From a virus, in IMG/VR virus record IMGVR_UViG_3300028549_001560: a DNA stretch of 64,000 bases; one strand, written 5' to 3'. The notes under the pieces were generated by a model that saw nothing but the letters and a program-made list of their open reading frames with translations, made no database searches and was not told where the DNA came from. This document shows positions 13,301-20,099 of the stretch, in pieces. The position numbers and the translations under genes are program-made. How positions within the stretch are numbered: position 1 is the stretch's first letter; each line of letters starts with the position of its first letter.

Positions 13301-16300
13301 ATCTTTCTATTGTAAATGCACCGAAATCAATTGCCACATCATTGCCATTATTCATTAATGCATCGAATTGATATTGGTTTAATCCAGGGAATACATCTGA
13401 AACGGTTTTATCTGGAGCTCCATCCTGAGTTCCATCAACAAGAGATAATTTATCGACCTTAAATGTGATGTTTTTTGCTATATGAGCCCTTATCTCGGCT
13501 TTGTCTTTAGCAGATAACGCATTCAATGTATATTGCTTGCCAGCAAGAGATAGTACATGTCCACTTACCTTTATATGTTTTGATACTAGGAATTCATCTT
13601 CTGTAGATGACTTTCCAGAGTCATGCACATAACTGGTATTAAAGTTTATCATCGTTTCCAAGAAGCTACTAATAGGAATACTTATAGCGACACCTCCAAC
13701 TAGTGCTTTTGTATCTCCACTAGGTATTATTCTTCCTGTGGTCTTGTCTATCGTTATATTGTCAGCGAATTTCTCTGAAAATAACATACCGCAAACTATA
13801 TCAACTATAGATTGTGTTCCGGCTGCAGCAGACTCTTTATCTGATTGTCCAAATTCAAGTGGATTTAATTTTATTGGAACTCTATCTCCACTATATGGAT
13901 TTGTAACAAATACATGTATTCCGCCTTGAGAATTACTACCACTCACAGGACCTCTAGACATGACAGATCCTCGTATCGTCTGCAGAATAGAAAACCCATC
14001 TCTGTTAGATCTATATGAGAAATCCATCGTCTCAACATTTATCTTTTCAAAATCGATATTCCCATTTGCGTCTCTAGGAAATTCAAATCCATCAACGTCT
14101 CCAAGTTTTCTGCTTCCCTGCTTTTTGGTTATATTATGCGAAGCCTTGATGTTTGGAATTATCTTTGTCTTTGTTCCCATATTTGAGTCGATCCTCATTG
14201 CATCTATAAATAGTTGAATTAGATTATCTCTATTACTCTTAAGTAGATCTATCTCAGCATCTGTAGGCCTAACAGAGTTTTCCGGAGATACCATTTTAGC
14301 TGGATTTCTCATGTTAACGATAAATGATTCATCGCCTTTAGTAACCCTCACTCCAACCATCAATGAATCCCACTTGTTGTTAAATCTATTATCTCCTGGA
14401 TGTTTTTGCGCATAATCTCTATCCGCTTCTATAGCATCAAGCTGATCTAGTGTTAGCTCATTAACAGTCTCACCCATATAGTATACAACAACCTCTGATT
14501 TGTATTTGCTGTTTTTAGATGACAGTGTTTTTACCCACTCTATTACAGATTCATACGCTGGATGATTCTTGAAATATGTTAATACCTTCCCAAAGTGAAC
14601 AAATTTATTGCCAGGAGTTACACTAGCCAAAACAACAGACCTAGCTTCTTGTAGGTGTACCTCAGATTCTTTAGCTTCTGTAACTGATTCAACAGATATA
14701 GATGTACCTATAACATCTTCAACTACTTCTGGTTCAACCTCTTTTGATGCTGTTTCTATTGCTAGTTCTATCTCTAATCTATCATCTGATTCCTCTTTTG
14801 TATCGGTCTTCATTCCGAACGCCCAATCAAGTGCGATCTCAGACTGGGTATCCTCCTCCTCGTTTTCTATAGCTGTGACAATTACGTCTTCGTCACCAAG
14901 CACTAACGATGGTGCATTATCATCAGATTGAGGCTCTGGGACAATCTCATCATACTCGCCTATAGGGTCTTCTGAGACTGTTACTGCTGGACTCTCGGAC
15001 TTTTGAGCTTGAGCAGTAGCTGCTGGTTGTTGAGCCTGAACCACTGGTGTTGTAACCACCTCAGTTGCTGGCAAATTTTCTTTGGCTGTTACTTCTGTTG
15101 TCTCTATTGGGGCTAATGTATTAGTTTTACTATCACTACCAGGCATCGGTGAGTTCATAGTGTTGTCTTCAGCTTCTCCAGACTCTCTATATCTAGATAC
15201 CTTATCAAATACATAATCTTGGTAACTGTCTTTATTTGTGTGCCTTGACTTATCTAATATATTATCATAAACAGTCTTGTCGTATATAGCACCATATCTA
15301 GCGGAATTTGATACAAGAAAGTTGTCGAATACTTCAGATGGAATTCCTGTATGCATTTCATTTAATTCAGATTCGATAGATGAAAGCTCTAACTCTGGAA
15401 ATAGATCAGACATATATTCCATCATATTTCGAACTCTTAAGTTAGCCTCAATTGACGAACTCTTCATATATACATTAGAAAGCTCTCTATCGCCATTGAA
15501 TTGATCTTTGTCTGATTTTGGATCTATCATCCTGGTAGCACCATCTTGCGATTTCTCTGTCTTTCCGTTGTACGCTTTAATATCAGCCTCTGATTTGTTT
15601 GATATAAATCTAGACGCGGCTGCATCGGCCATAGCTCTGGCTAGCCTTAGTTTCTCGGAGTCAGCAAGCGGGGCTCCATTCTTGCTTTCATGTGCTTCGG
15701 ATATTCTATTAATCATAGATGTTATAGCCGGTCCATAATCATCGACCTTGTATGCATCTATAGTCTTCTTTCTTCTGCCAACTTCAGACATTGCTTTGTC
15801 ATACTCAAGTTTATGCGCCATTGCCAGAGCGGTGGCATCGGCCTTAATGCTGTTCGCGCCAGATTTAGACCATCCAAGCCCGTCAGTTATTGCATTAATT
15901 GAATTACTATTATATATAGCTCTAGCAGTTCCAGCAAAGTCAAGCTCCTCTTTTAATATGGCTTTTTTCTCTGCATCTGGTTCAGATTCATATCTATTCT
16001 TTAATGCACTATACAATCTATCTCCATCATGACCAGACACACCAGTCGTGTACATTTTTGACTTATTCATAGACCCATCTACATCAAACCTAGAGTTTAC
16101 TAATCCATCTACGAATTCATCAGCTCTCTTTTGTGCATATTGTCCTTTTACTCCAGGAATTCCATGCAGGGTTGAGGTTACGACAGTCTGACCAAAGCCG
16201 CTTATGGCTCCGATTTTTGCGTTTGTTTTTAGCTCCGATCTGTCTACATATAATTCAGCACCACTATTCATACCAAGCAAATAGGACACTCCGGTTAAAT

Positions 16301-18266
16301 TAGCTGCAAATCCGTCTATATATGATTCTATAGTGCTGTTTCCATCAGCTAAGGTTCCATTTACGTATCTTTTTCCTGTTATATATTGTTGAGCCTCTTC
16401 AACGCCTTCAAATGGTGCTTGCCACAATCCTTTTCCTATGTACGATGTAGCCATCTTTGCTGGTATATTTTTCATAGAACCCTCTGCTACCTTTTTGAGT
16501 ACTCCAGAAGTAGCTCTGATTGTCTTTCCAAGCATAGACTTCATCTCCATTGACACTCCTCTACTCAACATATTTATGGCTCCCTTCCTGAATATACCAG
16601 AGGGACTAATAGCCACCGCATCAAACATCATATCTGGCACTGAGTTAGACATTTGCTGCCTCTTGTATTCATCTATACCATTAGTGGATGATTTTACTGC
16701 CTTAGATAGATTTTCGTCAGATGTAGGTATCATACCGGAAGCTAACCCTCTTTTAAGTGACTCTATTTGATGTTCAGATAATTGCCCGTTTTTTGATATT
16801 TCATCGAGTGCGCTTTTCTTTACACTATATCCAGCACCACTACTCTTGTCAATCAGATTCAATAACTCTATATCGTCTAATTTATCTATATCGATATTTG
16901 ATATACCTTTGTAATCTTTTTTGAACTTCTCGAGGGTATATTCTGCTAGCTCCATATTTGTCTCTCCCTCTCTTTGGGCTACATTTGACAATACGTTACT
17001 TGCAATTGAAATCCCTTCAGCTATCATTGGCATACCAAGCTTTGATCTAGTAAGGGCACTAACGCCTACGCCAGCGAGCAATGTAACGGTCGAAGGAATA
17101 TAGCTAGCCATAGATAATCCAACTCCACTGATTATCGATTCAGAACTTTCCGGATCCTTTAGCTTTCTTTTATATACTTCTGATATATTCCCACTTCGTA
17201 TATCTATAAGATCCTGTCTTTCGTCTATTTCTTTTTTAACATCTTTATATAAGCCAAATACTTGATGTGTTATTTCAGTTGTCATCGCAGATGTATTGAT
17301 ACTGCTTCGCTCGCCCCTCTGAACCTTCCTTGATTCGTCGGCTAACCCCTTAAATTCCTTTAAGTTCATTTGTTTGCCAAGGCTATTTATCTTGTCATAT
17401 AGACGCGCTTCATCAAATCCCTCATTCTTGTCTTTTTCAGCACCAAAAAGCTCTGTAACGTCAGCAGTTGCATCTAGCAGACCCTTTACGATAGACCAGC
17501 CCTTAGTGGCTTGACTGACCTTAAAATTATCTTTTACAGACAAGTATGACGACAATAAACCAGAATACCTCATGTATGTAGGTTTAAGCTCATCTGGAAT
17601 CTTGTTCAATCCTGGAAGTCCAGATCTTGTTTTATATTCGGCGATAGGTGTTTTTATGCCAAACATCAAGCTAGCCAATACTCCGGCAGATGCAATATCT
17701 GGATCAACGTACGACGATGAAGTTCTCTCATCTCCATATATTACTGGCTTAAATCCAAATTCATCAACACCACCCCATTCGTTTTTATGTAGGTCTAATA
17801 GATGATTATGAAGTGGAGTTACATACTCCCGCTCGTTAGTTTTCCCATTTACATCTACTTCGACATTCCTAGTTTCGTAAAGAAAGTCTAAAAGTTCTGT
17901 AAATTTAGGATCTTTCATTGCTGGCGTAAGCAACTTGCCAACAGCTGTAGCTTTATTGAATTGATCACCAACAAGGCCTTGTAGTTGTAGCTGAACACTC
18001 CTATCTAGGTTGTTCATAAACTCATATACAGTTCCTGAGGCGAAATTTAAATCCTCAGAATCTTCAGAAACAGGACTACCCGTACTAGATTTCTCAGGTA
18101 CAGGTAGTTTACGTCCTCTAACATTTGTATTGTTGAGAGCCTTCTCTATTAAGGCTTCGTTGTCAAATTTAGAAACATTAGAGGACAAATTTTTACTAAC
18201 CTCTTCAAAATATTTCTGATCACTACCAGACAATGCGATAGCTCCTCCTTTTTGTTTTTTACTCAT
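4374..18266 (-). CDS. Giant multidomain virion protein (4,630 aa) containing a crAss-type virion RNA polymerase module, a zincin-like HExxH motif and a C-terminal alpha/beta module
   Basis: Single uninterrupted ORF. GSDFDIDKLFLARY (aa 3453-3457 = DxDxD metal loop of two-barrel RNAPs, as in the crAss-like virion RNAP family). FHEAYHKV at aa 1978-1982. Acidic/Pro-Thr-rich linker around aa 1030-1190. FVFGSNSEGVHGKGAA module near the C-terminus. Confidence 0.8.
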   Translation of the reverse strand: MSKKQKGGAIALSGSDQKYFEEVSKNLSSNVSKFDNEALIEKALNNTNVRGRKLPVPEKSSTGSPVSEDSEDLNFASGTVYEFMNNLDRSVQLQLQGLVGDQFNKATAVGKLLTPAMKDPKFTELLDFLYETRNVEVDVNGKTNEREYVTPLHNHLLDLHKNEWGGVDEFGFKPVIYGDERTSSSYVDPDIASAGVLASLMFGIKTPIAEYKTRSGLPGLNKIPDELKPTYMRYSGLLSSYLSVKDNFKVSQATKGWSIVKGLLDATADVTELFGAEKDKNEGFDEARLYDKINSLGKQMNLKEFKGLADESRKVQRGERSSINTSAMTTEITHQVFGLYKDVKKEIDERQDLIDIRSGNISEVYKRKLKDPESSESIISGVGLSMASYIPSTVTLLAGVGVSALTRSKLGMPMIAEGISIASNVLSNVAQREGETNMELAEYTLEKFKKDYKGISNIDIDKLDDIELLNLIDKSSGAGYSVKKSALDEISKNGQLSEHQIESLKRGLASGMIPTSDENLSKAVKSSTNGIDEYKRQQMSNSVPDMMFDAVAISPSGIFRKGAINMLSRGVSMEMKSMLGKTIRATSGVLKKVAEGSMKNIPAKMATSYIGKGLWQAPFEGVEEAQQYITGKRYVNGTLADGNSTIESYIDGFAANLTGVSYLLGMNSGAELYVDRSELKTNAKIGAISGFGQTVVTSTLHGIPGVKGQYAQKRADEFVDGLVNSRFDVDGSMNKSKMYTTGVSGHDGDRLYSALKNRYESEPDAEKKAILKEELDFAGTARAIYNSNSINAITDGLGWSKSGANSIKADATALAMAHKLEYDKAMSEVGRRKKTIDAYKVDDYGPAITSMINRISEAHESKNGAPLADSEKLRLARAMADAAASRFISNKSEADIKAYNGKTEKSQDGATRMIDPKSDKDQFNGDRELSNVYMKSSSIEANLRVRNMMEYMSDLFPELELSSIESELNEMHTGIPSEVFDNFLVSNSARYGAIYDKTVYDNILDKSRHTNKDSYQDYVFDKVSRYRESGEAEDNTMNSPMPGSDSKTNTLAPIETTEVTAKENLPATEVVTTPVVQAQQPAATAQAQKSESPAVTVSEDPIGEYDEIVPEPQSDDNAPSLVLGDEDVIVTAIENEEEDTQSEIALDWAFGMKTDTKEESDDRLEIELAIETASKEVEPEVVEDVIGTSISVESVTEAKESEVHLQEARSVVLASVTPGNKFVHFGKVLTYFKNHPAYESVIEWVKTLSSKNSKYKSEVVVYYMGETVNELTLDQLDAIEADRDYAQKHPGDNRFNNKWDSLMVGVRVTKGDESFIVNMRNPAKMVSPENSVRPTDAEIDLLKSNRDNLIQLFIDAMRIDSNMGTKTKIIPNIKASHNITKKQGSRKLGDVDGFEFPRDANGNIDFEKINVETMDFSYRSNRDGFSILQTIRGSVMSRGPVSGSNSQGGIHVFVTNPYSGDRVPIKLNPLEFGQSDKESAAAGTQSIVDIVCGMLFSEKFADNITIDKTTGRIIPSGDTKALVGGVAISIPISSFLETMINFNTSYVHDSGKSSTEDEFLVSKHIKVSGHVLSLAGKQYTLNALSAKDKAEIRAHIAKNITFKVDKLSLVDGTQDGAPDKTVSDVFPGLNQYQFDALMNNGNDVAIDFGAFTIERSDLNLTWFAFLIKKGLIRTDTFPTIFAPAYLNLESVHEYIEKPDGTPAQAAVIAAKPGGELVDLQSNEQKNSELPDLDTVKERIRIAKAKAEIESRRQDTLKYSPKVKQIKGVLDNELDETAGTKTSAVINLGASGEAIIENADGTSSTSQYKFKATEEEASEAGRINNMKPSRERKRLQFDLGKRIARRLLDEINAEYDAEIAALEAQGNTQAKSDTNTPDSTDKSVKTPENKPGSDFKVVDQSMDFDEDFGPLREQENSDYELINMAQELEWLRDKLNIQPGDVEVVKDLIKVGRDKLAMGVMRDSGIVLSMAAEIGTSFHEAYHKVSLLLLPRETRVKIYEEARNRWPQLKGLSNEQVEEFLAEKFREYVMKNGTVKNFTRLQIAFRKIYNFIRKIVGFSNSDIDRLFNDINRGMFRYDSINSESLREFKAIYGSSVNRHVASDLKMMNLDEFYESINGMTYMLFQLGGVVNKSNKINETKAYNDLYANIEILANKALADGDNSRHEVLSEILEHFEDKFKPQIKKYIDFIGYEDNISDDIDPNAIENDQEITRADLSEYTESNKFNHKDRVLPEVKAFIATMPLAKVVDGRMKSIKSELTGFNSFIPFDTAWNVMISRLGSANDIDSMMNRIANLAKTDPFFRILGRRLANQSVEFNTKFFTSVNTQRHEYITASYRDTEDGMRWDIRDISEKEAEKLHPKIWGNNLSANDNVYDYNENGDRLFDPKHIQSAIDAYENLIVESKSMTYTAIASKFVEILGMVGIDVDQATFDGMFLIGNNDLNIRKNFVDYISSGYSVNKSNPSILFRNILPKLIKNNGRYMKSFIIGKEVEKNVSAIYAGEPFAEKLAREYARTHPSPEEVMVSAADGGKMYAISLPNYMTTIVNRLREDSTYRSLIKSVKFNRGRGDGNRPVGSMILSQMQEAIDKGRKVEVKLKTFVKLYQEGTADKGRDYFGMSVLEDYIFKMQATLRDFMVLPTMADKKTYYLLSGLKWFNGAVNKLFVDTTNRKVTFSSYVVSQFSEYAAAEFEAMKEAWNLYKSLSLAKSEAEYMDTQSSMMPTYHYFEGKDGSIKPGNGLFFRHFNFEVNSSDGKGMTTLNDMLSEAYKTGDVSKVDEMMDRLSRNYFNNSDEAKSLLPAKISATLQDRLLDEIEYAESIGAISYPVKTGDRFRDAMQIANLALDEKEISEHLKYYNIDKNNGSNPIALINMMAANMVNTMASTIEYEKIFAKDPAFHKNDEAKIKRHSTMLSTGNNLRTIFPVGHRLHNKEKYSVTELNDSNIVSQHLKELTIKAIASNANRRLTDAGESPDSGLLEALMSNSGILPEDYNKSVKEAVNSVREASIDQMSGYGNVDETDATAYCSPMHYRETKERLGEWEPWMDEALAILESEDMGWMSDPVKAELANKLQLQPLKMIYVGNSVENGLDILVINKMAIFPVFKHHSTAGLSDMYSMMNPTETEKMYGVKPIDMFIFKTAIKDGNRRGATYAKKDKDGNITGYAKRDELKVTTQEFKFLRKQLVTDPHEPGEMRMATQINKMAMSNIDKSRIYSKAKFSNGNEMTGDQLISAYDSANKELAKRGFDRLLKRLGDKASVYKYLYDSAIESGMPEDLVSKLKEAADGRPFRLEYVIDNAWVESKLMSLIGSEIIDINTPGGMFIQRTPFGLSSVNTDALNSNKISEDEFNEKTGGLRMLNNGKRLNFFRDNNAIEAIVSINLFMDIIPSNIIAHEDRVKWLMDRNIIGPNSAPSAIGYRVPNQGPSSSAVLLIVDVLPTTDGDTIILPSEFTKMTGSDFDIDKLFLARYSYEDYNTGNRIPITTEERDELRTAYKKWADTPIGSNKGVVITNESKFAKKSAALSEFLSTEYKKGIRYDPETAEIYRNEKDKRVARFDDSLGYSDPKNSDAAIKNRLLDMYMAVLADDISFAEAKLPLDTATDYLTGVVLADIEKGVRADKKKSRPLNYISPSYQSQKKYEYTTGKSGVGPSALNNAHHVLAQMYGLKLNSSKYPILKYLNLSGCDGVIGKDGIRILDWLNAMISAHVDVAKDTYIIRLNVNPTTYNTLFFLLRSGIGKDTFYYLSQPALKEMANRINVISTKYGNPYGTDLNKLSSQVIKGMISDYIKNARRLANGNKAVLDEILKLSNFANPALFDESAYESFNNIFGKSFMSSKNLMELKNEKDELKYAIGQLKMLIMYSQISPFADALASNVGLAQIDTKKYGISFTSIELFKNKIMEFATSGQGKFFTDPTSIVENSFLGTKLDLMLSAVRTISNGELFRTRPGLLLNDLKGYFFNNGIKKMPSENVVKKHLNAIDSFLRSDFYNEYAKTHNIDIPGMFFGRNSMAKRFMRIKEMIDLDPKLNRLKDNYIINSLSQAIGFDSNSADFINIKAISNSDQSINAKFKAYWSELLESDNEILKKFAEDLILYQYITSGDKSGKNFVKLSEDDRENNKIYEDIDRIMDPNFIFDIESSMSEISKNKWYDKDIVPQVSLTYEDPYSLTGGKLSRIHKNYTISDGSRSNYPAVLIDNVAISYVRNHNKYPVYSKYINLSVDSKSKPTSTVLYELIGLTVIKYSKKDKKPIHAPVYMPIDRKGAMQDGRPILEFGVNKSMIESNNLPKKAEFRGGSLIYDAVINGAPTEVDILKQLSKERGVPYNSTFVSRDEIDMHTPFGYDGSEQTDQNRLAMSDIISDAFSIIEAGGDTIDLDFDFNDLSDAYKIIYKEMLLDVFRDVLSDPIPQIYVTSTSDVLGVQTSSKVPLQAYIDSLYTIVNESSENTSKDREYTPENITELGPNEVFVFGSNSEGVHGKGAALMAKNKFGAKQGQAEGLQGKSYAIITKKDWSVEKSSTLDEIGEGLADFFEFANNHPELKFYMTKLGSSLAGYTVEEIKSQIKEINDINGGNYIPDNVILPAGYEVRDELIKLQQSTRSQADMDRINDHFKSIGAVSLTTEDFNKMPQEMWDKLTQCN
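4497..4949 (-). other. C-terminal ~150-aa alpha/beta nucleotide-binding-like module of the giant protein (family not named)
   Basis: Ordered motifs VFVFGSNSEGVHGKGAAL, GLQGKSYAIITK and KLGSSLAGYT. The arrangement resembles macro/SLOG-type small-nucleotide-binding folds. Confidence 0.35.
7896..7910 (-). other. DFDID catalytic-loop motif of the RNA polymerase module
   Basis: Plus strand tttatcaatatcgaagtc reverse-complements to GAC TTC GAT ATT GAT AAA = DFDIDK. Confidence 0.75.
12321..12335 (-). other. HExxH (HEAYH) zinc-metallopeptidase-type motif inside the giant protein
   Basis: Plus strand gtgatacgcctcatg reverse-complements to CAT GAG GCG TAT CAC = HEAYH, in the context GTSFHEAYHKVSLLLLP. 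Confidence 0.5.
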
Positions 18267-18290
18267 ATAGATAATTCTATTTCAGTTTAA

Positions 18291-20099
18291 TTATTTTTTT
18301 GTATAGAAAGACGTTCCCCTTGATTGAGAATTTGTTGATACAGTAGCCCCAGATGGTGTGAATACTCCAATCTCTCTTGTTTTGATCGGAATCCTAACAT
18401 ATGAAGATTCTGTCTTGCCGTCAAAGTTTATAGTTATATTGCTGCCACTTGAATCTTTCTGCTGTGCTTTTTCTAATGTTCCGCCTATCTTATTTAAGTA
18501 TGATTCCAACTTCTCGTCAGTGACAGCTCCAGATACGCCAAAAATATCTTTAGCTCTAGCTCTAAATTTATCAAGAGGTATTACTGCAAATCCATTCGGA
18601 ATAACACCGCTTCCTTGTATTGTGTATGAGTTCTTGTCTTCATACATCATAGATCCATTGAACTCATCTGAATTCATTATACTTTGTATTTTGGATGATG
18701 CAAAAGACGAATTAGTAGATCCAGTGCTTAGATCATATACTACCGGTTGGTTTGCTTTTGTAAGCCTTCTCATTGTCTTTTCTTCTCCAGACATCATAAC
18801 CTTTGACGTCTCTGGTTCAAATCCGGCAGCAAGTACTTCTGAGTGGTTCTGCCCTATAAGCGGTATAGTGTTTACTCTATTCCAATCAGCTACAGAGAAT
18901 CCATATGCATTTGATCCATCTTTATTTGCCTGTCTAACACCAGAAGACATTTGGCTATCAAAATTCTCCATCACAATATCTCTCATTCCTTCGAAGCCAA
19001 ATGCTCTTTCTTCAGCAGATTTTGATTTGTCATTAGCTATTTTCAAGTATGCGTTAAATGCGGCAGCTTCGTCTTTAGATAATGCTGAGCTTAGAACCTT
19101 CCTTGGTTTGTATGTTCCGTCTGGATATTTAACTATATTTCTGTCTAATACCTCGGCCACATATTTTGATCTAGATTGAGCCACGCCATTCATTTTATTA
19201 TTGACGTCGACAGCGAATACTTTAGCAGCATCCTCTCCAGCTGTAGTTTCCAGTGCTTTTGCAGCTCTATGAATTCTCATCTGAGATGCCTCCTTCATAG
19301 ATAATTCATATTCTGGAGTTAACTCGACCGACTCTATTCTTATTGCATCTAAATTAGCTCCCTTACCAAGATCCTTTATATAGCTAGCCTGATCGTATGT
19401 AGTTGTGCCATCTTTGTTTATAACCTTGTAGTTCTCAGATGCTCCAGTCTTTTTTGCAAGCATCCAGTGTAGTTTTGCGGCTGGAGACATTGCAACTTCC
19501 TGATACCCATTTTCTATTGCTGTGTTGATCTGATCGACAGATACCTCCTTTATCATTCTTTTTCCATCTGGAGTGAATCTAATCGTCGGATGTATTTGAT
19601 CTGTAGCCTGCTTAAACATATCTCCACCTGATTGAAATTCTGTGTTCTGCATGGTAAATGCTCCACTCTTAGAGGAGTCGTAATTAAACACTGCTTCATT
19701 TTCAACACCACCCCATCTGGTATCTGATTTGGCCATAAATTGCTTCATTGCTGACGCATTTTGAACCATATCGTTAACAGCTCTATCTGATTTTATTCTT
19801 CTTGTAGTTGCCTTTATTTGTGCTTGGAATGCTCTTGATTTGAGGTTATCTGGATCTGCAGCGGCTTGCTCGGCTAATTGCGTTATAGGCATTTTTACCT
19901 TCTTCTCCCAATTCATAGCATCAACCTGCGATGGAGTATTTAGATTAGATTCAGATATGAGTTTATCCATAAATTCATTCGCTTGATCTAGATCTTTTTC
20001 AGCCTTATCGGCCATTTTATATAGCTGCTCAAATTCTATAGGCACATATGTGTTTATGAATTTTGCCTGAGCAGGCGTATCGTATAAATTAACTGCCAT
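18291..20099 (-). CDS. Hypothetical virion protein (602 aa)
   Basis: Long ORF with TAATG stop/start overlap with the upstream gene. It lies between the tail genes and the giant RNAP gene. No motif recognised. Confidence 0.7.
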   Translation of the reverse strand: MAVNLYDTPAQAKFINTYVPIEFEQLYKMADKAEKDLDQANEFMDKLISESNLNTPSQVDAMNWEKKVKMPITQLAEQAAADPDNLKSRAFQAQIKATTRRIKSDRAVNDMVQNASAMKQFMAKSDTRWGGVENEAVFNYDSSKSGAFTMQNTEFQSGGDMFKQATDQIHPTIRFTPDGKRMIKEVSVDQINTAIENGYQEVAMSPAAKLHWMLAKKTGASENYKVINKDGTTTYDQASYIKDLGKGANLDAIRIESVELTPEYELSMKEASQMRIHRAAKALETTAGEDAAKVFAVDVNNKMNGVAQSRSKYVAEVLDRNIVKYPDGTYKPRKVLSSALSKDEAAAFNAYLKIANDKSKSAEERAFGFEGMRDIVMENFDSQMSSGVRQANKDGSNAYGFSVADWNRVNTIPLIGQNHSEVLAAGFEPETSKVMMSGEEKTMRRLTKANQPVVYDLSTGSTNSSFASSKIQSIMNSDEFNGSMMYEDKNSYTIQGSGVIPNGFAVIPLDKFRARAKDIFGVSGAVTDEKLESYLNKIGGTLEKAQQKDSSGSNITINFDGKTESSYVRIPIKTREIGVFTPSGATVSTNSQSRGTSFYTKK

